NCBI RefSeq assembly: GCF_000146505.1
Contig: NC_017448.1
Coordinates: 990,001-1,022,000 of the forward strand
Direction of reading: 5' to 3'
Source of the DNA: Fibrobacter succinogenes subsp. succinogenes S85
GTDB lineage: Bacteria; Fibrobacterota; Fibrobacteria; Fibrobacterales; Fibrobacteraceae
DNA: 32,000 bases
Shown here: in pieces, positions 16,584-24,380 of the stretch
Numbering within the stretch: position 1 is the first letter of the stretch
How the letters are laid out: every line of letters starts with the position of its first letter
Notes under the pieces: generated by a model
Seen by the model: the letters and a program-made list of their open reading frames with translations, nothing else
Database searches by the model: none
What the model was told of the DNA's origin: nothing
Translations under genes and position numbers: made by a program

Positions 16584-16611
16584 AGAAAAACCGCCCCCGA
16601 TTGGGAGCGGT
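16584..16611 (-). terminator. Rho-independent terminator of the rpsF-rpsR-rplI operon
   Basis: Minus-strand stem ACCGCTCCC / GGGGGCGGT (G-U on this strand only), loop AATC, then TTTTTCT. Confidence 0.75.
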
Positions 16612-16641
16612 CCGTAAGATTTTCAGTGGAACTGAAGAGAA

Positions 16642-17088
16642 TTACTTCTCTGCGACCACCCAAACCTTGACCTGTGCTTCAACGTCGCTGAAGACCTTGA
16701 CAGTCACGGTGTAGACACCGAGCTGCTTGATCGGTTCAGCAAGGTCGATCTGAGCACGGGAAACCTTGACACCAGCCTTGGTGATTGCTTCAGCGATGTC
16801 ACCTGCGGTCACAGAACCGTAGAGACGTTCGCCTTCAACAACGCGGCGTTCGAGGTTGACAGAAACCTGTGCGAGCTTTGCAGCAACATCGCCGGCGGCA
16901 GCGAGTTCCTTCTGGAACTGAGCTTCAACAGCAGCGCGGTTGTTTTCGATTTCAAGCTTGGCTTCCTTAGTTGCGCGAACAGCGAGCTTACGCGGGAAGA
17001 GGTAGTTACGTGCGTAACCATCCTTAACCTTCACGACGTCGAGCATCTTGCCCAAGTGGGGGACGTTAGCCTTAAGAATAATTTCCAT
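16642..17088 (-). CDS. rplI: 50S ribosomal protein L9
   Basis: '[36 protein letters not shown]' is the canonical L9 N-terminus. 148 aa. Confidence 0.95.
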   Translation of the reverse strand: MEIILKANVPHLGKMLDVVKVKDGYARNYLFPRKLAVRATKEAKLEIENNRAAVEAQFQKELAAAGDVAAKLAQVSVNLERRVVEGERLYGSVTAGDIAEAITKAGVKVSRAQIDLAEPIKQLGVYTVTVKVFSDVEAQVKVWVVAEK

Positions 17089-17104
17089 AGTCTAGTTCCT
17101 CCTA

Positions 17105-17356
17105 TTAGCGCATGCTGTCCGAAACGAACGGGAGAATAGCCATCTGACGGGCACGCTTGATAGCTTCGTTCAGCATACGCTGATACTTAGCGGATGTGCC
17201 AGAAATGCGGCGCGGGATGATCTTGCCACGTTCAGAGATAAAGCGACGAAGAGTCTTTTCGTCCTTGTAGTCAATGAACTTGACGTTGTTCTCGGTGAAC
17301 CAGCAAGTCTTCTTGCGGCGAATACGAGTAGCCTGCTTCTTATCTTCAAAAGCCAT
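17105..17356 (-). CDS. rpsR: 30S ribosomal protein S18
   Basis: '[49 protein letters not shown]' is the canonical S18 core. Confidence 0.95.
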   Translation of the reverse strand: MAFEDKKQATRIRRKKTCWFTENNVKFIDYKDEKTLRRFISERGKIIPRRISGTSAKYQRMLNEAIKRARQMAILPFVSDSMR

Positions 17357-17727
17357 TATTCAGCCTCCCCTTCTTCTGCGTCAACCGGAATAATTTCTTC
17401 GGTGGACTGTGCCTGAGTCTGGTCGTAAACGATTTCGCTCATCGGATAATCAGCGAGGGTCATCCAGCGGAGAACGTTTTCGTTGAGCTTGAGAGCGGCT
17501 TCCATGTTAGCAACCACAGAGGCTTCGGCCTTGTAGTAGAAAATCACATAGTAGCCATGCTGACGCTTGTTGATAGTATAAGCGAGCTTGCGCTTGCCCC
17601 AGTCGTCACGGCGGAGAATTTCGCCGTTGCCGTTGGTGATGTTTGCAGCGATAGTCTCGACTTCAGCCTTGATAGCGTCGTCAGAGATCATAGCGTCGAT
17701 GATCACCATCGTTTCGTATTGTCTCAT
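17356..17727 (-). CDS. rpsF: 30S ribosomal protein S6
   Basis: '[12 protein letters not shown]...[21 protein letters not shown]' is the canonical S6 sequence. I chose the start at 17727; the longer ORF to 17916 runs through the promoter and the upstream gene end. Its stop overlaps the rpsR start (TAATG). Acidic tail. Confidence 0.9.
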   Translation of the reverse strand: MRQYETMVIIDAMISDDAIKAEVETIAANITNGNGEILRRDDWGKRKLAYTINKRQHGYYVIFYYKAEASVVANMEAALKLNENVLRWMTLADYPMSEIVYDQTQAQSTEEIIPVDAEEGEAE

Positions 17728-17800
17728 AATGAGTCCCTTTGGTCTATCGCCCGGAAACCGACATTGGCTCCGGGAGGGTTCCGAATAAATCGGTGCGGGT

Positions 17801-17829
17801 AATATAGAAAAAAGCGTTCCGGATGTCAA
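17801..17829 (-). promoter_or_regulatory. Near-consensus sigma70-type promoter of the rpsF operon
   Basis: The minus strand reads TTGACA-N17-TATATT, in the 136-nt gap between the upstream stop (17864) and the rpsF ATG. The predicted leader is ~65 nt. Confidence 0.55.
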
Positions 17830-17863
17830 ACCTCGGGAGGAAGTCGCCCCCGAAAAAACATCG

Positions 17864-18988
17864 TTAAATCCCGAATTGGAGGCCAAGGAAACCCGCAACC
17901 GCCCATTCATTGACATCTCGATTGAAGTATCGCTGGAAAATCATTTCAAAGGACACCCACGTTGAGCGGAGGTTATTGCGCCCCCAAGGCCATATTTTTT
18001 GCAAATTGAAAGCAACCCCCGGACTGAACGAGACAAGCTGCGCCCATGAGAAGTTGAATTCATAACTGGCACTGCCCATAAGCCCAAAATAATGGGATAG
18101 AGTAACGCCCATGCCGACCTCGACGCCAAGCGTAAAGCCATCAAGAGAGAACATCTTTTCACAGTTCTTGTCGTAAACAGAATTCTGCGAAATTTCACTA
18201 GCATCGGATAGGCTGTCTAATTCCGCAATTTTACTAGAATCCACTTCATCCGAGCGGTTCCTGCGGACACCGTCCTTCAGCTCCTTGCGAAATTCCGAGA
18301 GGTCGGTCGTCTCAAGTCCAAGCACGGCGCCAGCGTAAAAGTCCGCAACTGTAAAACTCTTGTGGAATTTGACATTCAGGCGATAGCGCTGGTACATGAG
18401 CATCACATCACGGTCGAGCGTCCCGCCAAAGAAGCGAACGTCAAAACCGCCAGTAACGTAATCTCTATAGTGATATTCTAGCTGGCCCTGCCACACGCCA
18501 AGACAATCGCAATCTTCGGATGCATTGAAAAGCCCGGCACCGAGACCAACAGAAAAACCTTCCTTCAAATATGCCGACTGGTGCGGTAATGGGATATTGT
18601 AAGACTGAGGTTTTGATTCGGACTTGGTCAGTTCAGGACGAACAACATAAATTGTATCAACAATTGTATCTCGTACAACGATGGGTTCATCAGCAGTATC
18701 TGCGACGGAGGTTGCCGAAATGGCGGGATTTGCAAAATTTGAGGAAACGTCAGTCGTGTCAGACTGTGACGTGGACTCCGGAGATGCAGAGTCCAAATTT
18801 GCGGATTTTTTTGACGCTTTGCGAGAGGCCGTTTTGCGAGACTTCGCCGATTTGGACGTTGTAGACTTTTTAGCGACCACCTCGGACTTTGCTTTTTTCG
18901 CCTTGGAGCTAGAACGAGTCGTGCCGGAGTCTTTGGCTTCGGCATAGACGTTCAGGATTAGCAAAAGGACTAAAAAAAGAATTCGCAC
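17864..18988 (-). CDS. Secreted protein with a Lys/Ser-rich basic N-terminal region and a probable outer-membrane beta-barrel C-terminal half
   Basis: Signal peptide 'LNVYAEA', ~100 aa of low complexity (SSKAKKAKS...SRKASKKS), then alternating-hydrophobicity segments rich in G/Y/F (GFSVGLGAGLF, FYAGAVLGLE, GVEVGMGVTL, AVAGFLGLQFGI). Confidence 0.5.
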   Translation of the reverse strand: MRILFLVLLLILNVYAEAKDSGTTRSSSKAKKAKSEVVAKKSTTSKSAKSRKTASRKASKKSANLDSASPESTSQSDTTDVSSNFANPAISATSVADTADEPIVVRDTIVDTIYVVRPELTKSESKPQSYNIPLPHQSAYLKEGFSVGLGAGLFNASEDCDCLGVWQGQLEYHYRDYVTGGFDVRFFGGTLDRDVMLMYQRYRLNVKFHKSFTVADFYAGAVLGLETTDLSEFRKELKDGVRRNRSDEVDSSKIAELDSLSDASEISQNSVYDKNCEKMFSLDGFTLGVEVGMGVTLSHYFGLMGSASYEFNFSWAQLVSFSPGVAFNLQKIWPWGRNNLRSTWVSFEMIFQRYFNRDVNEWAVAGFLGLQFGI

Positions 18989-19007
18989 GCTTGTAATTTA
19001 ATAAAAA

Positions 19008-20027
19008 TTATTTGCTATTGCGACTTGCCTCAATCTGTTGAATCCGTGCATTTTCTATTTCTGCGCACTTTTTCGAGACCTTATCATAAGAAAGCGTCGT
19101 AAAAGTTTCGCGAGGAGGCATAAGATCGAGCATCATTTTTTCAATAGCCATAGCGCCCTGCATTCCAAGTATGGAAGCATTGCTCAAATCCAATCGGCGA
19201 CTGGTTTTACGTTTATAATCCTTCAGAGAGACATCAACAGAATAGCCATCCCAAACAAGATCCGAGTGGTATTCCTGTTTGTATTTTTCTATAGAATTTT
19301 TTAGTGATTTTGCAATTAAAGACTTTTCGGGACTCAGTAGCGTCCACTGGACCGAATCGATATTCGGCTTTATCCGATGTTTATAGCCTTCATCATCAAT
19401 ATTTTCAGCACTACACATGCGATAGGCGGCACGATAAAAAACAGAGTCATTCCGTTCCCTGACGGCTATGATGCGGGTATCATTCCACCAGGCGTCTTCC
19501 AGAATCATTTCTATTTCGTAATCAGCATTCTGCGCTATTTTCAATTCAACATCTTGCATCGGTTCATCAACAATTTCTGCAAACGGATAAAAAACAGGAG
19601 GATATACGTCCCAAAATATAACCGCTGAATATGTTAGCAGCGGCAATATGGGAACAAGAATCCAATGCAAATTTTTAGAGACACTGAATAAACTCCCTAA
19701 AGCAACACCAACAAAGTAAGGAATAAAAATCAAAATACAATGAAGCGGGTTAGTAAATATCGCTTGCGATATCGTAAAGCCCACCAGCAAGACGACTGGA
19801 TAAATTAAAGCAACAGCCAACCACAACTTTTTTCTTGGAGAATTTTTTCGAAGGCTAAAAAACACGAATGCCCAAAAGAAAGGCAAAAAGATGTAAATGG
19901 CGAAATCTGCCAATTTGTCTATTCTGCAGAACCAATATGAGAAATCGCGCCAAAGCTGATAAAGGAATTGAGAGGTTTCAACCATTTTTGCAGTTCCTGA
20001 ACTTCTTACAAAGTTCAATATACACAA
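19008..20027 (-). CDS. Hypothetical integral membrane protein (about 5 TM helices) with a ~200-aa soluble C-terminal domain. Low-GC gene.
   Basis: Long ORF with hydrophobic helices in the N-terminal 140 aa. I recognise no family. An alternative start at 19985 (MVETSQ) is possible. Sampled 60-nt lines give ~32-40% GC versus ~50% in the neighbours. Confidence 0.5.
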   Translation of the reverse strand: MCILNFVRSSGTAKMVETSQFLYQLWRDFSYWFCRIDKLADFAIYIFLPFFWAFVFFSLRKNSPRKKLWLAVALIYPVVLLVGFTISQAIFTNPLHCILIFIPYFVGVALGSLFSVSKNLHWILVPILPLLTYSAVIFWDVYPPVFYPFAEIVDEPMQDVELKIAQNADYEIEMILEDAWWNDTRIIAVRERNDSVFYRAAYRMCSAENIDDEGYKHRIKPNIDSVQWTLLSPEKSLIAKSLKNSIEKYKQEYHSDLVWDGYSVDVSLKDYKRKTSRRLDLSNASILGMQGAMAIEKMMLDLMPPRETFTTLSYDKVSKKCAEIENARIQQIEASRNSK

Positions 20028-20077
20028 AAGCTCCCGGAGGAAAATCCGAGAGCCTTGTAAAATGATTTAAAAGGGAG

Positions 20078-20130
20078 ATGCCCGGTTCCTTCGACTTCGC
20101 TCAGGACAGGCTCCGCCGGGCATGACAAAA
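20078..20130. repeat. REP-like hairpin (family copy 2) downstream of trpS
   Basis: ATGCCCGG - 30-nt loop - CCGGGCAT followed by GACAAAA. On the minus strand it lies ~30 nt after the trpS stop and is followed by CTCCCTTTTAAA. Confidence 0.6.
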
Positions 20131-20158
20131 GTAAAAGCCGAGCGGTCTATTAGTCGCC

Positions 20159-21163
20159 TTAGTATGTACCAAGCAAATGGCGTACGCGGTCCATCATGAC
20201 CTTGGCCTTGGCGCGGGCGCGTTCCTTACCGTAAGCGAGAATCTTTTCGATTTCGTCGGTATGGTCGAGCAAGTAGAAGTACTTTTCGCGAGCGGCACCG
20301 AGATGTTCTTCGAGAACGTTCTGGAGTTCCTGCTTGGCGTGGCCCCAGCCCATGCCACCTGCACGGTAGCGTGCTGCGAGAGCTTCGGTCTGTTCCGGCG
20401 TTGCAAAGAGTTTGTACAACTTAAACACGTTGCAAGTATCCGGATCCTTCGGTTCTTCAATGCCCTGGGAGTTCGTCACAATCTTGCCAAGACGCTTTTT
20501 GAGAGCCTTCGGTTCAAGGAAGATGTCGATGTAGTTGTCGTAGGACTTGCTCATCTTGCGACCATCGAGGCCCGGGATGACACCGGTGGATTCCTGGAAA
20601 ACCGGTTCCGGGACGGTGAACACGTCTTCGCCAAAGTGCTTGTTGAACTTGATGGCGATATCGCGAGCAAATTCAACGTGCTGCTTCTGGTCCTTGCCCA
20701 CCGGCACGATGTCTGCGCTGAACATGAGGATGTCGGCATCCATGAGGCACGGGTAGCAGTAAAGGCCCATGTTCACGTTGGAGTCCACATCAACACCAGC
20801 GGCGGTGTTGGCTTCGACCTTAGCCTTGTAAGCGTGGGCGCGGTTCATGAAACCCTTCGGCGTGAAGCAGCTGAGAGCCCAGCTAAGTTCAAAGATTTCA
20901 GGAATATCGCTCTGCTTGTAGAACAGGGATTCTTCCGGGTTGAGACCAAGAGCAAGCCAAGTTGCGGCGACCTTGTAGATATTCGCACGCATTTCGGCGC
21001 CGTTCTGCACAGTCGTCAAAGCGTGATAGTCCGCGATGAAATAGACCGTGTCGTAAGTCTTCGTAAGTTCAAGAGCCGGGCGGATTGCGCCCACATAGTT
21101 GCCGAGATGGGGAGTGCCAGTCGGCTTGATACCGGTAAGTGAAATCTTTCTCATGGCGTGCAA
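20159..21163 (-). CDS. trpS: Tryptophan--tRNA ligase
   Basis: Class I motifs 'TGTPHLGNYVG' (HIGH) and 'KMSKS'. The size (~331-334 aa) and overall pattern fit TrpRS. An alternative start at 21154 (MRKISL) is possible. Confidence 0.9.
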   Translation of the reverse strand: MHAMRKISLTGIKPTGTPHLGNYVGAIRPALELTKTYDTVYFIADYHALTTVQNGAEMRANIYKVAATWLALGLNPEESLFYKQSDIPEIFELSWALSCFTPKGFMNRAHAYKAKVEANTAAGVDVDSNVNMGLYCYPCLMDADILMFSADIVPVGKDQKQHVEFARDIAIKFNKHFGEDVFTVPEPVFQESTGVIPGLDGRKMSKSYDNYIDIFLEPKALKKRLGKIVTNSQGIEEPKDPDTCNVFKLYKLFATPEQTEALAARYRAGGMGWGHAKQELQNVLEEHLGAAREKYFYLLDHTDEIEKILAYGKERARAKAKVMMDRVRHLLGTY

Positions 21164-21280
21164 TTTAGGAAAATTTCAATGTGCGTTACAGCACACTTGC
21201 GCGGGGAAAGTGCTGTGTTGGGGTAAATTCGGGGGAAAAATAGCGCGCTATCGATTTCTTTTATTACATTTCCTTGTCAA

Positions 21281-22441
21281 ATGATTAAAGACGAGAAATA
21301 CATATTGGTAGATAGTGAAGAATCGCTCGCAAACTTGCTTGCTGATTTGGAGCTTTATGACATGGCCGCTGTCGACACCGAAGCGGATTCCATGTACCAC
21401 TACACGGCTCGTCTCTGTCTTATCCAGATTACCATTGGCGAACACCATTATATTGTGGACCCGCTTTGTGGGCTGGACCTTGCACCGCTGTTCAAGGCAC
21501 GTGCAATGCAGACGCTGATTTTCCACGGTGCAGATTACGACCTCAGACTTTTGTGGCAGACTTACGGCTTTTCGCCGAAGAGCATTTTCGACACGATGCT
21601 TGCCGCAAAGATTCTGGGCGAACAGCACCTCGGGCTTGCCGATTTGGTCAAGGAATATTTTGGCGACGAGCTCAAGAAAGAAAACCAGAGAGCCGACTGG
21701 ACGATTCGACCACTTTCGCTGGACATGTGCGAATACGCCATCCACGATACGTTCTACCTTCACGAACTTTGTGCCATTTTAGCAGAAAAGCTGCAACAGG
21801 CCGGTCGCATGAACTGGCTCACGGAGCAGTGCAACACGCTTATCGAACACGCAAGGACCCCGAACGCCCCGAAAAAAGATCCGTGGCGCATTACGGGTTC
21901 CAGCATTTACAGCCCCTGCGCATTGAACATCCTCAAACACTTATGGGAATGGCGTGAAAAGCAGGCCGAAGAACTCGACCGTCCACCTTATAAGGTGATG
22001 CAGTCCGAACTGATGCTTGCGATTGTGAATGCCCAGAATTCGCATTTCCCGGAAGTCAGCGAAACGTTCCTGCCAAAGCTCCCCCGCAATTTCAAGGGCG
22101 ACCGTCTAGATTCGTTTTTGAACATGTTGCGCACAGCTGTGGCTGTTCCGGAATGCGATTGGCCGATGCGCCTTCCGAAGGCTCCACCACCGCCAGTCAT
22201 CCCGCATTCGGATTTGCTCAACGCGCTTAAAACGTGGCGTGACGAAAAGGCCGAAGAACTGAAAATCGATGCAGCGCTCCTCGCAAACAAGTCTCAGCTG
22301 ATTTGGCTTGCCGCTCCGGGAAACATTCCGTGGGAAAAACGCTACGAAGAAGCGCACTTGATGCACTGGCAGCAAGGCCTCTGGAACGAGATTTTGCGTG
22401 ACAAGTTGCCGACGGCAAAGCGCATTGGCGACGAAGAATAG
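21281..22441 (+). CDS. rnd: Ribonuclease D-like 3'-5' exonuclease with HRDC domain
   Basis: DEDDy motifs 'AVDTEADS', 'FHGADYDLRLL' and 'YAIHDTFYL', followed by an HRDC-like 'LKHLWEWREKQAEELDRPPYKVM'. Confidence 0.8.
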   Translation: MIKDEKYILVDSEESLANLLADLELYDMAAVDTEADSMYHYTARLCLIQITIGEHHYIVDPLCGLDLAPLFKARAMQTLIFHGADYDLRLLWQTYGFSPKSIFDTMLAAKILGEQHLGLADLVKEYFGDELKKENQRADWTIRPLSLDMCEYAIHDTFYLHELCAILAEKLQQAGRMNWLTEQCNTLIEHARTPNAPKKDPWRITGSSIYSPCALNILKHLWEWREKQAEELDRPPYKVMQSELMLAIVNAQNSHFPEVSETFLPKLPRNFKGDRLDSFLNMLRTAVAVPECDWPMRLPKAPPPPVIPHSDLLNALKTWRDEKAEELKIDAALLANKSQLIWLAAPGNIPWEKRYEEAHLMHWQQGLWNEILRDKLPTAKRIGDEE

Positions 22442-22464
22442 AGCCTCAAAATAAAGGTTTTTAA

Positions 22465-23049
22465 ATGGCCGCGTCCATCGTTATTGTAATCTTAGTGTTG
22501 CTGATTTTCGGCAGCAGCCCCATTGTTGAGATGATCTTGAAGATGCGTCGCATGAAAAAGGGCGATGACATCATCAAGGAACCGTGGCAAGAAATCCACG
22601 ACATTCCGGGCTACCACGATGCAAGGAACATCGCGGCTTTTTACCCCATGAAGGGCGAGCCGAATATCATGCCGATTCTCGAGGAACTAGCCACCGAAGG
22701 ACGCCTTTTGCTCCCAAAGTGCGAAGGAGACGGCATCATGCACTTCTACAAGATTGCAAACCTCAAGAAGGACCTGGTCAAGGGGCACTATGGAATCATG
22801 GAGCCCCGCGAAGGCATCGAGAAGTTTGAAGGCGACATTCCTGTGTTCCTGGTCCCAGGCGTAAAGTTCAACTGGGACGGGAGCAGACAAGGACACGGCA
22901 AGGGATACTACGACAGGTTCCTCGCCAAATACCCAAACGCATTTAAGGCAGGGATTATGACTCCGGCGCAACTTTCCAAGGAACCGCTAGAGCAGAAAGA
23001 AACCGATGTGAAAATGCACACGGTCATCGCCTGCCGAGAAAAGTATTAA
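22465..23049 (+). CDS. 5-formyltetrahydrofolate cyclo-ligase family protein
   Basis: 'IAAFYPMKGEPNI', 'LLLPKC' and 'VPGVKFNWDGSRQGHGKGYYDRFL' are MTHFS signature blocks. The N-terminus is atypically hydrophobic, so the true start may be an internal Met. Confidence 0.75.
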   Translation: MAASIVIVILVLLIFGSSPIVEMILKMRRMKKGDDIIKEPWQEIHDIPGYHDARNIAAFYPMKGEPNIMPILEELATEGRLLLPKCEGDGIMHFYKIANLKKDLVKGHYGIMEPREGIEKFEGDIPVFLVPGVKFNWDGSRQGHGKGYYDRFLAKYPNAFKAGIMTPAQLSKEPLEQKETDVKMHTVIACREKY

Positions 23050-23066
23050 CCGACTCAACATTGGCG

Positions 23067-23094
23067 ATCCCGGAATAAATCCGGGATGACAACG
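23067..23094. repeat. REP-like hairpin (family copy 3) between the cyclo-ligase gene and rlmB
   Basis: ATCCCGGA-ATAAA-TCCGGGAT followed by GACAACG. No T-tract on either strand. Confidence 0.55.
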
Positions 23095-23133
23095 CAAAAG
23101 AAAAGTCTTTAACAAATCACGGAGATTCACAAA

Positions 23134-24249
23134 ATGAGTTTCAATAATGACGACAGCCGTCGCGGTTTTGGTAACGATCGCAAGCGTCACTTTGGACGCA
23201 CAGCACGCCCCACATTCGATGAGGCGAAGTTCAACCGCGAACATCCGGACGAACCTGAACGCGCACCCGAACGTCGCGAATTTTCACAGGAACGCCGTGG
23301 TGGCATCGGAAGCCAGGCACACCTCCGTCGCGACCGCGACGATTTCGCCAATCGCCCGAGCCGCTTCGACAGCGACCGTCCGAGCTTCGGCGACCGCCCG
23401 AAGCGCATTGAAGGCGAGCGCAATTTTGGCGAACGCCGCGAATTCGACAAAAGCCGTGCTAACCAGGAAAACTTCGTGCCAGCAGTCGGTGATGCCGATG
23501 CAGCCCCGCAGGTTGCCGTCGGTGGCATCAAGGAAGTTGAAGAACTCCTGAACAAGAACCCGCTCCAGGTCCACCGCGTACTCTTCATGCACAAGTCCGG
23601 CAACCCGAAGCTCTATGAACTCCAGAAGCTCGCCAAGCGCGCCCACGTGCACGTGCAGCAGGTCGATTCCAAGATTCTCGACAGCTACGCCCGCCCGAAC
23701 CACGGCGTCGTCGCCCTCATGAACGAGAAGGAACTCCTGAACTGGATGGACGTCCGCGAAGAATTCTTCAAAGCCCGTGACACGGGCGAAAAGAAGCTCA
23801 TCGCCGTTGCCACAAACATCGAAGACCCGCGTAACCTCGGAGCTTGCATCCGTAGCTCGCTCGCCTTGGGCGTTGACATTTTGCTCCTCCCCGCAAAGGG
23901 CATGTGCGGCATTACCCCGAGCGTCGCCCGCACTTCTGCAGGCGCACTCGAAAAACTCCGCATCTGCCGTCCGGACAACCTTGAAGGCGCCATCGGTGAA
24001 CTCAAAATGGCCGGCTACCAGATTCTCGGGCTCGATGCCGACACCGAAACAAACCTCGCCGGATTCGACTTTGCAGACCACGTGGTGCTCGCCGTCGGTG
24101 GCGAAGACGTAGGCCTGCCCCCGTTCATCAAGAAGCAATGCGACGCCGTACTCCGCATCCCGATGAAGCCCGAAGCTCATTCGTACAACGCATCTGTAGC
24201 CCTTTCGCTCGGCCTTTACGAATACGCTCGCTTGCGCATCAAAGCATAA
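23134..24249 (+). CDS. rlmB: SpoU/TrmH-family rRNA 2'-O-methyltransferase (RlmB-like) with an Arg/Asp/Glu-rich N-terminal extension
   Basis: C-terminal 245 aa: 'GIKEVEELL', 'PNHGVVAL', 'DPRNLGACIRSSLALGVD', 'LAVGGEDVGL' and 'IPMKPEAHSYNASVALSLGLYE' (SPOUT knot motifs). The first ~125 aa are low complexity (RDRDDFANRPSRFDSDRPSFGDRPKR). Confidence 0.8.
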   Translation: MSFNNDDSRRGFGNDRKRHFGRTARPTFDEAKFNREHPDEPERAPERREFSQERRGGIGSQAHLRRDRDDFANRPSRFDSDRPSFGDRPKRIEGERNFGERREFDKSRANQENFVPAVGDADAAPQVAVGGIKEVEELLNKNPLQVHRVLFMHKSGNPKLYELQKLAKRAHVHVQQVDSKILDSYARPNHGVVALMNEKELLNWMDVREEFFKARDTGEKKLIAVATNIEDPRNLGACIRSSLALGVDILLLPAKGMCGITPSVARTSAGALEKLRICRPDNLEGAIGELKMAGYQILGLDADTETNLAGFDFADHVVLAVGGEDVGLPPFIKKQCDAVLRIPMKPEAHSYNASVALSLGLYEYARLRIKA

Positions 24250-24310
24250 TTTGCACAATAGCGCGAAATTAGCCGTTGTAAAGTTGTAAACACAAACAAC
24301 GTGTAAACAG

Positions 24311-24349
24311 AAATAAACGCACCCTTTCAACGAGGGTGCATTTATTTTT
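24311..24349 (+). terminator. Rho-independent terminator of rlmB
   Basis: AAATAAACGCACCCT / AGGGTGCATTTATTT (15 bp, one mismatch), loop TTCAACG. A T-rich run follows. Confidence 0.75.
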
Positions 24350-24380
24350 AGAAGAGATGGATAAGGAGTGTGGATACATT

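Noticed and set aside
17728-17916. 63-aa N-terminal extension of the rpsF ORF
   Set aside because: Canonical S6 begins at MRQYE (17727). The extension would run through the TTGACA-N17-TATATT promoter and overlap the end of the upstream gene.
20177-21142. 321-aa ORF antisense to trpS. Similar cases are 23284-24330 (antisense to rlmB), 29691-30314 (antisense to rbr) and 21248-21763 (antisense to rnd).
   Set aside because: The sense genes carry unambiguous catalytic motifs (HIGH/KMSKS, SPOUT knot, rubredoxin CxxC, DEDDy). The antisense frames are composition artefacts.
21164-21280. Hairpin ACAGCAC-N15-GTGCTGT in the trpS / rnd divergent spacer, considered as a T-box or attenuator
   Set aside because: It is far too short for a T-box, has no specifier or T-box sequence, and has no following U-tract on the trpS strand.
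24336-24380. Upstream Met (24336) for the CotH-family gene
   Set aside because: It would start within the rlmB terminator hairpin. The ATG at 24381 has an AAGGAG SD and begins a proper signal peptide.
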